64,000 bases of DNA from Paludibacteraceae bacterium (lineage in GTDB: Bacteria > Bacteroidota > Bacteroidia > Bacteroidales > Paludibacteraceae), in NCBI GenBank assembly GCA_017555595.1, contig JAFZGC010000067.1:514-64513 (forward strand). Direction: 5' to 3'. Both the position numbers and the translations under genes were made by a program. Positions within the stretch are counted from its first letter, which is position 1, and every line of letters begins with the position of its first letter. The notes under the pieces were generated by a model, which saw only the letters and a program-made list of their open reading frames with translations, had not been told where the DNA came from and did no database searches. Of the stretch, positions 25,547 through 35,300 are shown piece by piece.

Positions 25547-26620
25547 TTACTTGCTAACACGCAGATAAAGCACCACGCCAATAGCAAAGAATAGAAAGTT
25601 AGGCAACCATACGCTCATAAAAGGCGACATGATACCATTTACCGAAAATGTTGTCGAAACGGTCGAGAACAGAATATATAACGCACTAAGTGTCAATCCT
25701 ATTCCTAAATTCTTACCCATTCCACCTCGCACTTTCTTCGAACTCAACGTAACGCCTAATAGGGTCATAATAAACGCACCTACAGGACTTGCCCAACGTT
25801 TCCACCATTCAGTTTCAAAGGCATTTACATTGCCCGAACCACGTTGACGTTGCGTTTCAATATATGCTTTCAATTCTGGATTCGGCATCATCTGGGCATT
25901 CTCTGCAGTGTAGAATAGCTCTTTGGGTAGTACAGGAATAATCGTATCCAAACGATTGCCACGTGTCAGTGTTTCTCGCATGCCATCAAAATCACGGCGC
26001 ACATATTTGTCAAAATGCCAATTATAGGCAGAATCGTAATGAATACGATCAGCTGTGATACGCATGGTCAGTTTCTTGCCTTCAAAATGCTCATAAGAGG
26101 CACGATATCCCATCTGCGTACGTTTTTGGAAACTCTCGATATAAAGAATCGTACCTGGTTCTACCTCCATCTGCACATTACGAGCATTCTCCCGAGTGAA
26201 GTGCTGAATATACTTGTCTTGAAAAGTAAGCATCTTCTCTGAAGCAGGCGGAATCACATAACCTGTCATCCAAAACGAGAAGAGAAACAATAGCAGAGCA
26301 CTAACAAAATAAGGCCACATCAACCGATGATAGCTCACACCACTCGCCAATATTGCAATTATCTCACTATCACCCGCCAGTTTCGACGTGAAGAAAATCA
26401 CCGAAATGAAGATGAATAGCGGACTAAACATATTCATAAAATAGGGGATAAAGTTTAGGTAATAATCAAAGACAATCTCTCGAATAGAGACTTGATTTTC
26501 AAAGAAATCATCCAATTTCTCCGTCAAGTCAAAGATAACGGCAATAACCATAATCAACACAATCGAAAAGAAGAATGTGCCCAAAAACTTACCGATGATA
26601 TATCTATCAATTCGCTTCAC
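25547..26620 (-). CDS. LptF/LptG family LPS export permease
   Basis: 357 aa, (GTG)KRIDRYIIGKFLGTFFFSIVLIM..., with six TM segments. Confidence 0.85.
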   Translation of the reverse strand: MKRIDRYIIGKFLGTFFFSIVLIMVIAVIFDLTEKLDDFFENQVSIREIVFDYYLNFIPYFMNMFSPLFIFISVIFFTSKLAGDSEIIAILASGVSYHRLMWPYFVSALLLFLFSFWMTGYVIPPASEKMLTFQDKYIQHFTRENARNVQMEVEPGTILYIESFQKRTQMGYRASYEHFEGKKLTMRITADRIHYDSAYNWHFDKYVRRDFDGMRETLTRGNRLDTIIPVLPKELFYTAENAQMMPNPELKAYIETQRQRGSGNVNAFETEWWKRWASPVGAFIMTLLGVTLSSKKVRGGMGKNLGIGLTLSALYILFSTVSTTFSVNGIMSPFMSVWLPNFLFFAIGVVLYLRVSK

Positions 26621-26650
26621 CCTTTAACCTATAACCTTTAACCTACATCC
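26621..26650. repeat. Heptamer array cctttaa cctataa cctttaa cctacat
   Basis: The array forms the entire 22-nt tgt-lptF/G spacer and runs into the tgt stop codon at 26643-26645. Confidence 0.85.
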
Positions 26651-27782
26651 TCTGCATCAATCGTGGGGTGATTTCGTCTTTCCAAACTTTGAAGTCGCCT
26701 GCGAGGATATGCTTGCGTGCTTCGCCCACCAACCATAGGTAGAACGCCAAGTTGTGAATACTCAATATCTCCAACCCCAACATCTCTTGTGCGTGGATCA
26801 GGTGACGCACATACGCGCGGGTATAGTGATGATCCACAAAACTGGTGCCGCATGGGTCCAATTCAGTGAAGTCGTCTTCCCACTTCTTGTTGCGCAGGTT
26901 CATCACACCATTCTGCGTAAAGATCATACCATTGCGACCATTACGCGTTGGCATAACGCAATCGAACATATCCACTCCGCGCTCAATACCCTCAAGGATA
27001 TTCCACGGTGTACCTACTCCCATCAAGTAGCGAGGTTTATTCTCTGGTAGAATGTCATTCACCACTTCAATCATCGCATACATATCTTCAGTAGGCTCGC
27101 CTACCGCCAATCCACCTATGGCATACCCATCGCGATCCAAATCGCGCAAGCGTTTAGCCGCCTCCTGACGCAAGTCAGGATAAACACAGCCCTGCACAAT
27201 AGGAAAGAGGTGCTGCTTGTAACCATACAGATCAGGCGTAGAATCGAAGCGCGCAATACAGCGGTCGAGCCAGCGATGCGTACGCTCCATAGATTTCTGC
27301 GCATAAGTTCGGTCTGCTGTACCAGGGCAGCACTCGTCAAAAGCCATCATAATATCCGCCCCTATCTCGCGCTCAATATCCATGACACTCTCAGGGGTGA
27401 ACATCAGTTTGCGTCCATCAATATGCGAGGAGAACTGCACACCCTCCTCGGTCATTTTGCGAATGTCGGTCAGCGAAAACACTTGAAAACCGCCCGAATC
27501 GGTCAGTATTGGGCGTGTCCACCCCTCAAAACGGTGCAATCCGCCTGCCTTATGCAAGATCTCGGTGCCTGGACGAAGGTACAGGTGGTATGTGTTACCT
27601 AATATGATTTGGGCGTTAATATCCTCTTCAAGGAAAGTACGCTGCACTCCTTTCACAGTACCCACGGTGCCTACGGGCATAAAAATAGGGGTTTGGATAT
27701 CCCCATGGTCGGTATGCACCACGCCAGCGCGTGCGCACGTGTGCACGTCCGTATGTATCAGGTCAAAAAAAGTTTTTTCCAT
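26643..27782 (-). CDS. tgt: tRNA-guanine transglycosylase (queuine tRNA-ribosyltransferase)
   Basis: 379 aa with TPIFMPVGT, DSGGFQ and the zinc-site region. Confidence 0.93.
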   Translation of the reverse strand: MEKTFFDLIHTDVHTCARAGVVHTDHGDIQTPIFMPVGTVGTVKGVQRTFLEEDINAQIILGNTYHLYLRPGTEILHKAGGLHRFEGWTRPILTDSGGFQVFSLTDIRKMTEEGVQFSSHIDGRKLMFTPESVMDIEREIGADIMMAFDECCPGTADRTYAQKSMERTHRWLDRCIARFDSTPDLYGYKQHLFPIVQGCVYPDLRQEAAKRLRDLDRDGYAIGGLAVGEPTEDMYAMIEVVNDILPENKPRYLMGVGTPWNILEGIERGVDMFDCVMPTRNGRNGMIFTQNGVMNLRNKKWEDDFTELDPCGTSFVDHHYTRAYVRHLIHAQEMLGLEILSIHNLAFYLWLVGEARKHILAGDFKVWKDEITPRLMQRM

Positions 27783-27802
27783 CCTGTCGAAATCTTTCGC
27801 CT

Positions 27803-28144
27803 TTATACTCTATTGTTATTAGGGAAAATGATAGCTGGCTTGAAATTTTTAACTTCCTCTTCGGTCATCAACGCATATGCCATGATGATGACAGTATCGC
27901 CCACATGTACAAGGTGGGCTGCTGCACCATTGATGCAGATACAACCACTGCCGCGCTTGCCTGGGATGACGTAGGTCTCAATACGTGCACCATTGGTATT
28001 ATCCACTATTTGTACCTTCTCGCCAGCGAAGATGTTCGCGGCATTCATCAGATCTTCATCTATAGTGATACTACCTATATAGTCTAAGTTCGCTTCAGTC
28101 ACCGTCACGCGGTGTATCTTGGATTTTAGGATTTGTAACAACAT
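27803..28144 (-). CDS. panD: Aspartate 1-decarboxylase
   Basis: 113 aa, [32 protein letters not shown], with the GS self-cleavage site. Confidence 0.93.
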   Translation of the reverse strand: MLLQILKSKIHRVTVTEANLDYIGSITIDEDLMNAANIFAGEKVQIVDNTNGARIETYVIPGKRGSGCICINGAAAHLVHVGDTVIIMAYALMTEEEVKNFKPAIIFPNNNRV

Positions 28145-28162
28145 TTTTATACGATTTTGGGT

Positions 28163-28170
28163 GCAAAATT
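28163..28170 (-). promoter_or_regulatory. -7 box TAATTTTG upstream of panD
   Basis: caaaatta on the plus strand, 19 nt upstream of the panD ATG. Confidence 0.55.
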
Positions 28171-28234
28171 ACTATATTTTTTGCATATTGGCAAGAATTT
28201 TCACTAAAAATTTGCGTATTTAAAAAAAAAGTAG

Positions 28235-28242
28235 TACTTTTG
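28235..28242 (+). promoter_or_regulatory. -7 box TACTTTTG upstream of tRNA-Ser(TGA)
   Basis: tacttttg, 37 nt upstream of the tRNA 5' end. Confidence 0.6.
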
Positions 28243-28278
28243 CACTCGATTTCGGGAAACGACTATGTTCTACCGAAA

Positions 28279-28363
28279 GGAGAGATGGCAGAGTGGTCGA
28301 TTGCGGCGGTCTTGAAAACCGTTGAGCTGAGAGGCTCCGGGGGTTCGAATCCCTCTCTCTCCG
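28279..28363 (+). tRNA. tRNA-Ser (anticodon TGA)
   Basis: GGAGAGATGGCAGAGTGGTCGATTGCGGCGGTCTTGAAAACCGTTG...GGGGGTTCGAATCCCTCTCTCTCCG. Confidence 0.9.
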
Positions 28364-28377
28364 CAAACTAAAATGAA

Positions 28378-28408
28378 GAACGAGTCCGATAGGGCTCGTT
28401 TTGTTTTG
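28378..28408 (+). terminator. Terminator after tRNA-Ser(TGA)
   Basis: gaacgagtcc-gat-agggctcgtt followed by ttgttttg. Confidence 0.6.
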
Positions 28409-28492
28409 TGCACTATGGTGGACCAAACTTGTTTGAGGACACAATAGGGAACAAAACAAAAGAAGAGTTGCTCCGCAACTTCTTCATTTTGG

Positions 28493-28558
28493 TTTGCGCT
28501 GGATGCCCGTGGCAAAGATTAGGGATTACGAAGAAATCCCTCTCTCTCCGCAGAAGGA
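28493..28558 (+). repeat. Third copy of the tRNA-Ser 3'-half-like element
   Basis: tttgcgctggatgcccgtggcaaagattagggattacgaagaaatccctctctctccgcagaagga. About 65 bp align with the minus strand of 21862-21925, and the last 19 nt repeat the 3' end of the adjacent tRNA-Ser. Confidence 0.8.
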
Positions 28559-28559
28559 A

Positions 28560-28599
28560 GCCAACAAGGTATTGAAATTCAATCTTGTTGGCTTTTTTT
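28560..28599 (+). terminator. Terminator after the tRNA-like element
   Basis: gccaacaag-(15-nt loop)-cttgttggc followed by ttttttt. Confidence 0.7.
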
Positions 28600-28751
28600 G
28601 TGCCTAAAAACTTGCACCAAAAATGCACCAACCCCGTTTATAAGCACTTTGGCGGGCGTTTTTTCGCCCAAACTTTCTATCCTATCTTTACTCTCTGCTT
28701 GGCAACGCAAAATGCGGTGTGCATTTTTTCTGCCATTTTATATTAAAAAAT

Positions 28752-28784
28752 GCACGAAAAAGGGAACCACCTTTATAGTTCCCT
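28752..28784 (-). terminator. Terminator after the ATPase remnant
   Basis: The minus strand reads agggaac-tataaaggtg-gttccct followed by ttttt. Confidence 0.6.
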
Positions 28785-28785
28785 T

Positions 28786-28983
28786 CTAAAAATGTTTTTC
28801 CATAAACATTCGCCTTTTCTTATCTCCGATTGCAAAATATGGTCTCATTGCCTTGAAATCTCCCAAGTGGCGTATAGCAGTAGATTTGCCAATTTGGCGT
28901 GCACCACGCAGAAGCAATGGCTTGCGATTCGCTCTGTCTTTCCACTCTAATAACGCTTGGTCAATAGCTCTTTCTATATACAT
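28786..28983 (-). pseudogene. Truncated AAA-ATPase gene (N-terminal Walker A part only)
   Basis: MYIERAIDQALLEWKDRANRKPLLLRGARQIGKSTAIRHLG... stops after 65 aa. It has its own -7 box at 29008-29015. Confidence 0.5.
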
Positions 28984-29007
28984 AATGACGATTTTTATTT
29001 CACGCCG

Positions 29008-29015
29008 CAAAGGTA
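29008..29015 (-). promoter_or_regulatory. -7 box TACCTTTG upstream of the ATPase remnant
   Basis: caaaggta on the plus strand, 25 nt upstream of the ATG at 28983. Confidence 0.5.
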
Positions 29016-29089
29016 CTAAAAATAAATGAATTACGCAAGTTTTTGCAAAAAAGGAAGAGGAATGTGCTTATTAGAATAATGTACTTCTC

Positions 29090-29135
29090 CACTACAAACA
29101 CCAACAACCACCCTTGCCATACGCAAAGGTGGTTG
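29090..29135 (-). terminator. Terminator after the second mini-ORF
   Basis: A 13-bp stem, caaccacccttgc (29105-29117) paired with gcaaaggtggttg (29123-29135, one G-U pair). On the minus strand it is followed by ttggtgtttgt. Confidence 0.65.
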
Positions 29136-29180
29136 ATTGTGGAATGTGTTAGTAACTTTGCCAGTTACCTTGTATGAGTA

Positions 29181-29315
29181 TTAGTCTGGTTGACCAGGAG
29201 TTCCCGTTCCATCATATAAGTTAAGCATCGTCGTTGGAGGACTACCAGCCATAATAGCGTTAGTACTTAAGAGCAGAACTGCTTTTGTCTCGGGTGTTTG
29301 ATATATCTTTTTCAT
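29181..29315 (-). CDS. Mini-ORF, 44 aa, paralogous to the mini-ORF at 7761-7901
   Basis: Encodes MKKIYQTPETKAVLLLSTNAIMAGSPPTTMLNLYDGTGTPGQPD. In-frame upstream ATGs at 29321 and 29324 are also possible starts. It begins 15-24 nt after the stop of the 2658-aa gene. Confidence 0.55.
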   Translation of the reverse strand: MKKIYQTPETKAVLLLSTNAIMAGSPPTTMLNLYDGTGTPGQPD

Positions 29316-29339
29316 ATTCATCATTGTTTATAATGTTTA

Positions 29340-32300
29340 TTATTCCATTCGTTGTCCTTGCATGTTATACATTTCTTCTCCACGGATAATAATTAGCTGT
29401 CCGTCTTTTAGAACCTTTCTTACTTGGTTGGCAGGTTGCGTTTCTACCATTGGGATAGAAGTAGCGGCATTATCTTGGAATACTACACGAGCTCGAATTG
29501 GCAGTGGTGAAGCAGACTTGAAGTAAGCACGAAGACCAAGAATCGTACGAGGATATGTTCCTGCGCAATACAACGCATTATTTGACAGGAAGTATTCATC
29601 AGACTGATTCAATGTACCACCTGCATCTAATACAGGTACCATTGTTACAGTACCAGAGGTAACAGGTTTCAAAGACAAATCAATCTCTACACCTTCCATA
29701 GTGAAACCATCTTCTGCATCGTATCCACTGGCAGCGGTTTTAAGGATGTATGGCGTACCTGCTGTGATAGTGCTGACTGGTCTGAATTGCAAGTGAACTT
29801 CTTCTGCATTATATTCAACTACATTGTCCAACGCATATACAATAGCATTGCCGAATACATTGCGAATTTGTGTTTCATTCATATCAAATGGCAATGTCAG
29901 TGTCAAATACTTGTTCGCTTCGAAGTTGCGTTTAACCGTTGCTGTTACTACCTCACCGTCATAATTTTCAAGAGCAGTAGTGTTGTCTGCATTTTCGTCA
30001 ACGGTCACAGAAGACTCCAACGCAACATCAAATGTATAAATAGTTGCATCTGCTACAAGTGTGATTAGAAGATTTGTACCATCTACTTCCACAGCAGTTG
30101 CCGCAGCTGTTGCTGCTTGTGGCGTGGTGATATTGCGCGTCTCTAATTCTTGTGCTGTTGCAAGACCATTAGTGATATCAATAATTTTCACACCTGCTAC
30201 ATTTTCGCCGTCTGCATATGGAGCCACCATCAAGTGTTTGCCTAAAACAGTGAGGTAAGTAGCACCATTGAATTTCTTGCCGAGAGTATTATCAGCAATA
30301 TTAGCATTCACAATAGGGTCTTGCCCGTAAGTTTGTGGATTAGTAAACTCTGATGGCTCCATTAACTCTGCATCAATAATCCAGTTTTCTGTAGCTAGTG
30401 GAGATGCATTAAGTTGGAACTTCACGCCATGAGTAGTCTCGTTGTAAACAGCTGCATCAACTCCTGCACTAGCTCCTTTAAACTTCTTACCTATATAATA
30501 ATAATAAGGAAGTGATACCGCACCATCAGAAGTATCAATGTACTTTCCATCTATTATAGAGAAGTGCGACATACGAACACCACGGTGCGTGTTATGAAGC
30601 CCCGTAACAAGAATGTTGGCATTAGTAGAAGTTCCTGTAACGGCCATTGTGTAACCTTGATCTGAGGTAGCAGAGTTGCTTGAAGCACTAGACTGGAACC
30701 AAATAGAAGGATTTGCAGTAAGATTATCCCAAATATAGAATGTTGCTAAGTTAGAACCGCCAAATGTTGTTTGAACATAGTTACAAGCCACCAACTTGCC
30801 GTCCTCTGTCGCAGCAATATCAGAGATTGAGAGATAACCTGCCGCAGCAGCCTCTACACCCACTTGTGATATTTCTGCTTCTAACTCACCAGCCACTACT
30901 TTATAGAGGTGTGGAGTGCCATTTGCTTCGTGTGTGAGAACTACGGTGCTTTCGCCAATTTGAACAGCGCGTTTCACAACACCTTCCATTGCAAGTGGCT
31001 TCAATTCGAAGTTGGCAGTAACAGTTATATCACCTTCTACAACGAGCGCCAATGGATTGTCTGCAACAGTAGTTGTTCCATAAGTCCAGTTTACAAAACG
31101 ATAGTTCTCATTAGCAGTTGCTGCCAGTGTTGCCGTTTCGCCAGTCTTGTATTCACCACCACCTGCTACAGTACCCATCGCATTGTCATTAGCCTCTACA
31201 GTTACTGTATATCTTGCTTCTTTCATGATTATTTGTGACTCAGGAGCAGGAACGGTGCAAGTGTTGTTGTTGGTAGGAAGAACATACTTGTAGAAGCGCT
31301 CTGTGCCAGAGTGTACTACATATAAGTCACCCGCATAGTCGAAGGCAAGACCATCAAGTTCATTCCTTCCAAGATTTGGAGTTTGGCATATTTTAGAAAT
31401 TGATGGTACACCATCAGCAGCATATGTCACTTGGAATACAGAAGCACATGCTTGTGAATGTACAGCCAATATGTCTCGTTGCTTATCATATGCAATTGCT
31501 CCACGATAGTTTGCTCCAGCGAACCAATCAGAATATTCTTTATCCGCTTCGACTTTGAAATCGATTTTATTTTCAGCCACATTCACATGGAATAATGTAC
31601 CAGCTGCCGTTCCCCAACGATTCTGTGCAATCCAAAGACCACCATGACCATCAGAAGCCATAGCAATTTCTTGATCATAGAACAAGTTTCCGCCATTTGA
31701 TGTCAACTCTTTATAAGTACCATCAGTCTTTATCTGATATATGTTTCCATTTGGAGCACCAGATGTAGAAACATTAGCTACTACATACAAATTGCCTTCA
31801 TCGTCAAAGCATAGTGCATTTACTTTTTGAATTTCTGAAATATGCTTTGTCAGATTGATAGCTTCACCAGCTAAATTCTCTCTGCTTACTGCATATGCTC
31901 CACCATTCGTGGTTGTATTATTGCAGAATGCAATATCTCCATTCGCTGGATTAATTGTAATACGCTTAAAGACTTGTCGGTTTGCACCTATTGTATATGG
32001 CAATTGGGGTTTGATACCTGTGTTAGCAGGGGCATTCAACTCCTCTAATGCTTGATTATAGATAAATATACCTGCCTTTTGGGTATCAGAGCGATCCGCT
32101 ATGCCATCTGATGCACCATTATACGACTGTTGAATATAAATCTTTCCAAATTCATCGGAGTTAGGATCATTATCCACTACTACGCCCATCATGTTGTAGA
32201 AGTCGTAGATGTTGCGTGCTGGGTTAGTGATTTCTGCCATTTTAGCAATTGCTTCACCTGCGAGTTCTACTTCCCAGTAAATATCTTTGGTAGCAGCAGC

Positions 32301-35300
32301 AAATACGGTCTTTGCAATCGTAATTGTTTTTTCTTCAGCAGTAGTAGCAGTTGCGGTATGTGTACCAAAGTTCTGTATATTACCATCCTCATCCTTAAAG
32401 ATTAAGGTAGCAGTACCTGCGCTGGTTGTCTTGAAGGTGAATATGTAATTAGCTGGATCTGTATCTGCGTCTAACCTTAAATCATACGCCCACGCGCGTG
32501 GAACGGCAACTTTGAAGTTAGCTGTCAGATTTACATCCCCTGTTAATTCATCTATAGTACGAGTTTCCTCAGTTACGCCATCGCTCCAATCTACGAATAC
32601 ATAACCACCCTTAGCTGTTGCGGTCAGCGTCACCTCTGTACCCTCATAGTAAGAACCATCACCTGTAACAGTTCCCATAATGTTATCATAAGTCACATTG
32701 ATGGTGTATTTCGTTTTCTCTACGAAGTTAGCAACATAAGTAGCAGACTCTGTTACGACAAATGTATATGGATTCTCAGTAGATACCTCTGCATCATCTT
32801 TAGTCCAATTAACAAACTTGTAGTTTGTTGCAGCAACAGCGGTGATAGTAGCATTTTGATTTTCTTCGAATGTTCCGCCACCGTTAGCGATACCCCACTC
32901 ATTATTATTAGATGCTACACTTACGGTGTACACTGGAGTAAAGCGAACAGCCTCTAATGCAGGAGCTGCTACGGTGCAGATGTTGTCTGCGGTAGGCAAG
33001 GTGAACTTTTGGAATTTCTCTTTATGTGAGTTTACTACATACAAGTCACCTGCATAGTCAAATGCAAGACCGTCAATATTATTGCCTAAATCATCACTTG
33101 CGATAGTATATAATGGAGTCAATTCGATAGTAGGCTCGTAGCTTACAGTATAAAGCTCTACCTTACCATTTCTACCTTGTGCTAATATCTTACGCTCTAC
33201 ATCGTATGCCAACGCACCACGATTAGAACCTCCTTCAAAACCATGAGGTGTCTCCTGATTTACCCACCAATCAAATTCGCCAGTGCTTGTTACATGCACC
33301 AATTGATAATAATATGGAGCACCATCCATTTGACCACGGTTTTGGCTTATCCAAAGACCACCACGACCATCGGATGCCATTGTGATATATGCATTAATAA
33401 ATTTAGCTGAAATTTCAGTAATTCGAGTTGCTTCTCCATTTATTACCTTGTAAACAGCACCTGTGCTGCCAGCGAAATCCATTACATACAGTGTTCCTTC
33501 TGCGTCAAAGCAATGTGCTACCGAACGGGTCATATCTGCAACACCTGTGAGCAAGTTGGTAACATCACCAGTCATATCATCACGATTGATAGCAAACACT
33601 GCTGGTTTACCTGCAACTGCGTGACTAAATACCAAGTTACCTGTCTTAGGATGGATATTCAATCGTTGGAATGCAGAAGAAGACGAACCGATCTCTGTAT
33701 ATCCAGCTGGCATTGTAGGTTTAAGACCAACATTTGAAGGATTATTCAATTCCTCCAACGCTTGATTATAGATGAACACACCAGATTTTTGGTCATTTGA
33801 ACGAGTAGTTAGACCATTGTTACTTGTACTACTACTTGCATAAGAACGCTCATACGACTGTTGAATATAAATTTTACCAAAGTCTTTTGAGTCGGTATTA
33901 TTATCCACAACCACACCCATCATATTATAGAAGTCGTAGATGCCGCGGGTTTGGTCGGTTACTTCTGCAATAGCAGGGATAGGCTCACCGTCCATTGTAA
34001 TAGACCAAAAAGCATCCACACCTGCTGCAAAAGCGTTTTTAGCTATAGTGAACTTATTCTCTCCAACAAAAGCTGCTATTGTTTGTGATGCAGGTTGCGC
34101 CAACGCATTACCGTCCTTATCTTTGAAAGTGATGGTTGCTTGTCCATCGGCAGTCGCTTTGAAGGTGAATGTGTAGTTGTCGCCATCCTCACCTAATTTC
34201 ATATCGTATGCCCATGCGCGAGGGTGCGCCTCTGCAAACTCAGCGATATACTCTGCTGCACCAGTTACAGTAATAGTGCGTGGGTTGTCGGTGTTACCAT
34301 CATTCCATTGAGTGAAGTAGTAAGCGCTCTTAGCAACAGCTTTGAGCGTAACTTCTTCGCCTTCGTAATAGTCGCCACGACCTGTTACATAACCTTTGCT
34401 TGTATGGTCTGCGTGTGCATTGATGTTGTATTGCGCCAATGCCTCGAAGTTGGCTACGAGTTCTACATTCTCTGTTACAGGGAATGAATAGGTTGCCTCA
34501 GTCGAAACCTCTACACCATCTTTTGTCCAATTCACAAATTTGTAACCAGTGTTAGGAGTTGCTGTCAAAGTAGCAGTTGCTCCTTCTTGGTAAGCGCCTG
34601 CGCCTGTAACAGTTCCGTTTGTAGCACTTGCAGAAACGGTGTAGTTTTCTTTGAGAGATACTCTCCAAACAGCCGCTGCTACAGCTGGACAGAATTGATA
34701 GATATAAGCCGTCTTCTCATCTACAACTTGCACATTGAGCCAGTTAGCAGCACTATTTTTGCTTGTCTTATCTTTTGCAAAGAGTATTTCTTCAGAAACA
34801 AGTTTTCCGTCTGTAGCATTTATCAACTGCCATTCGCTGGAGTAGGCAGTTGTACCAGCGACATATGCCCAGAACTCTTTTCCTCCCAATTCAAATGTAC
34901 AGCCACCGATTGTAGAATTTTTCTTAGCTAAATAAGGATCTTCGGTAGATGTTAATGTGGTAATATTGTACTCAAATGCACCTGCATTTTTAGATTGTGT
35001 ATGGATATTACCATAAATATCCAATACCACATTGCTTTGCGAGGAAGCAGCATTAGTAATATTTGCTATAGTATCGTCTGTTACATCTTCAGCGGTTGCA
35101 GCACCATTTTTGATAAATAATCTTGATATCGTTTTTTGATCCTTACAGAAGAAATACACATACCCCCCCTCTGCACTATAGATATTTCCAGAAGCTGTTA
35201 GGAAATCGCAACGACCTGGTGCATCTAGTGTGAAACTTACAGGAGTTCCTGTAGTGCTACCATTTGGATAAATAATGATAGCATTGGGATTTGCAGCATA

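Noticed and set aside
28598-28789. 63-aa plus-strand ORF
   Set aside because: It lies in hairpin-rich non-coding DNA between two terminators, with no promoter box and a low-complexity translation.
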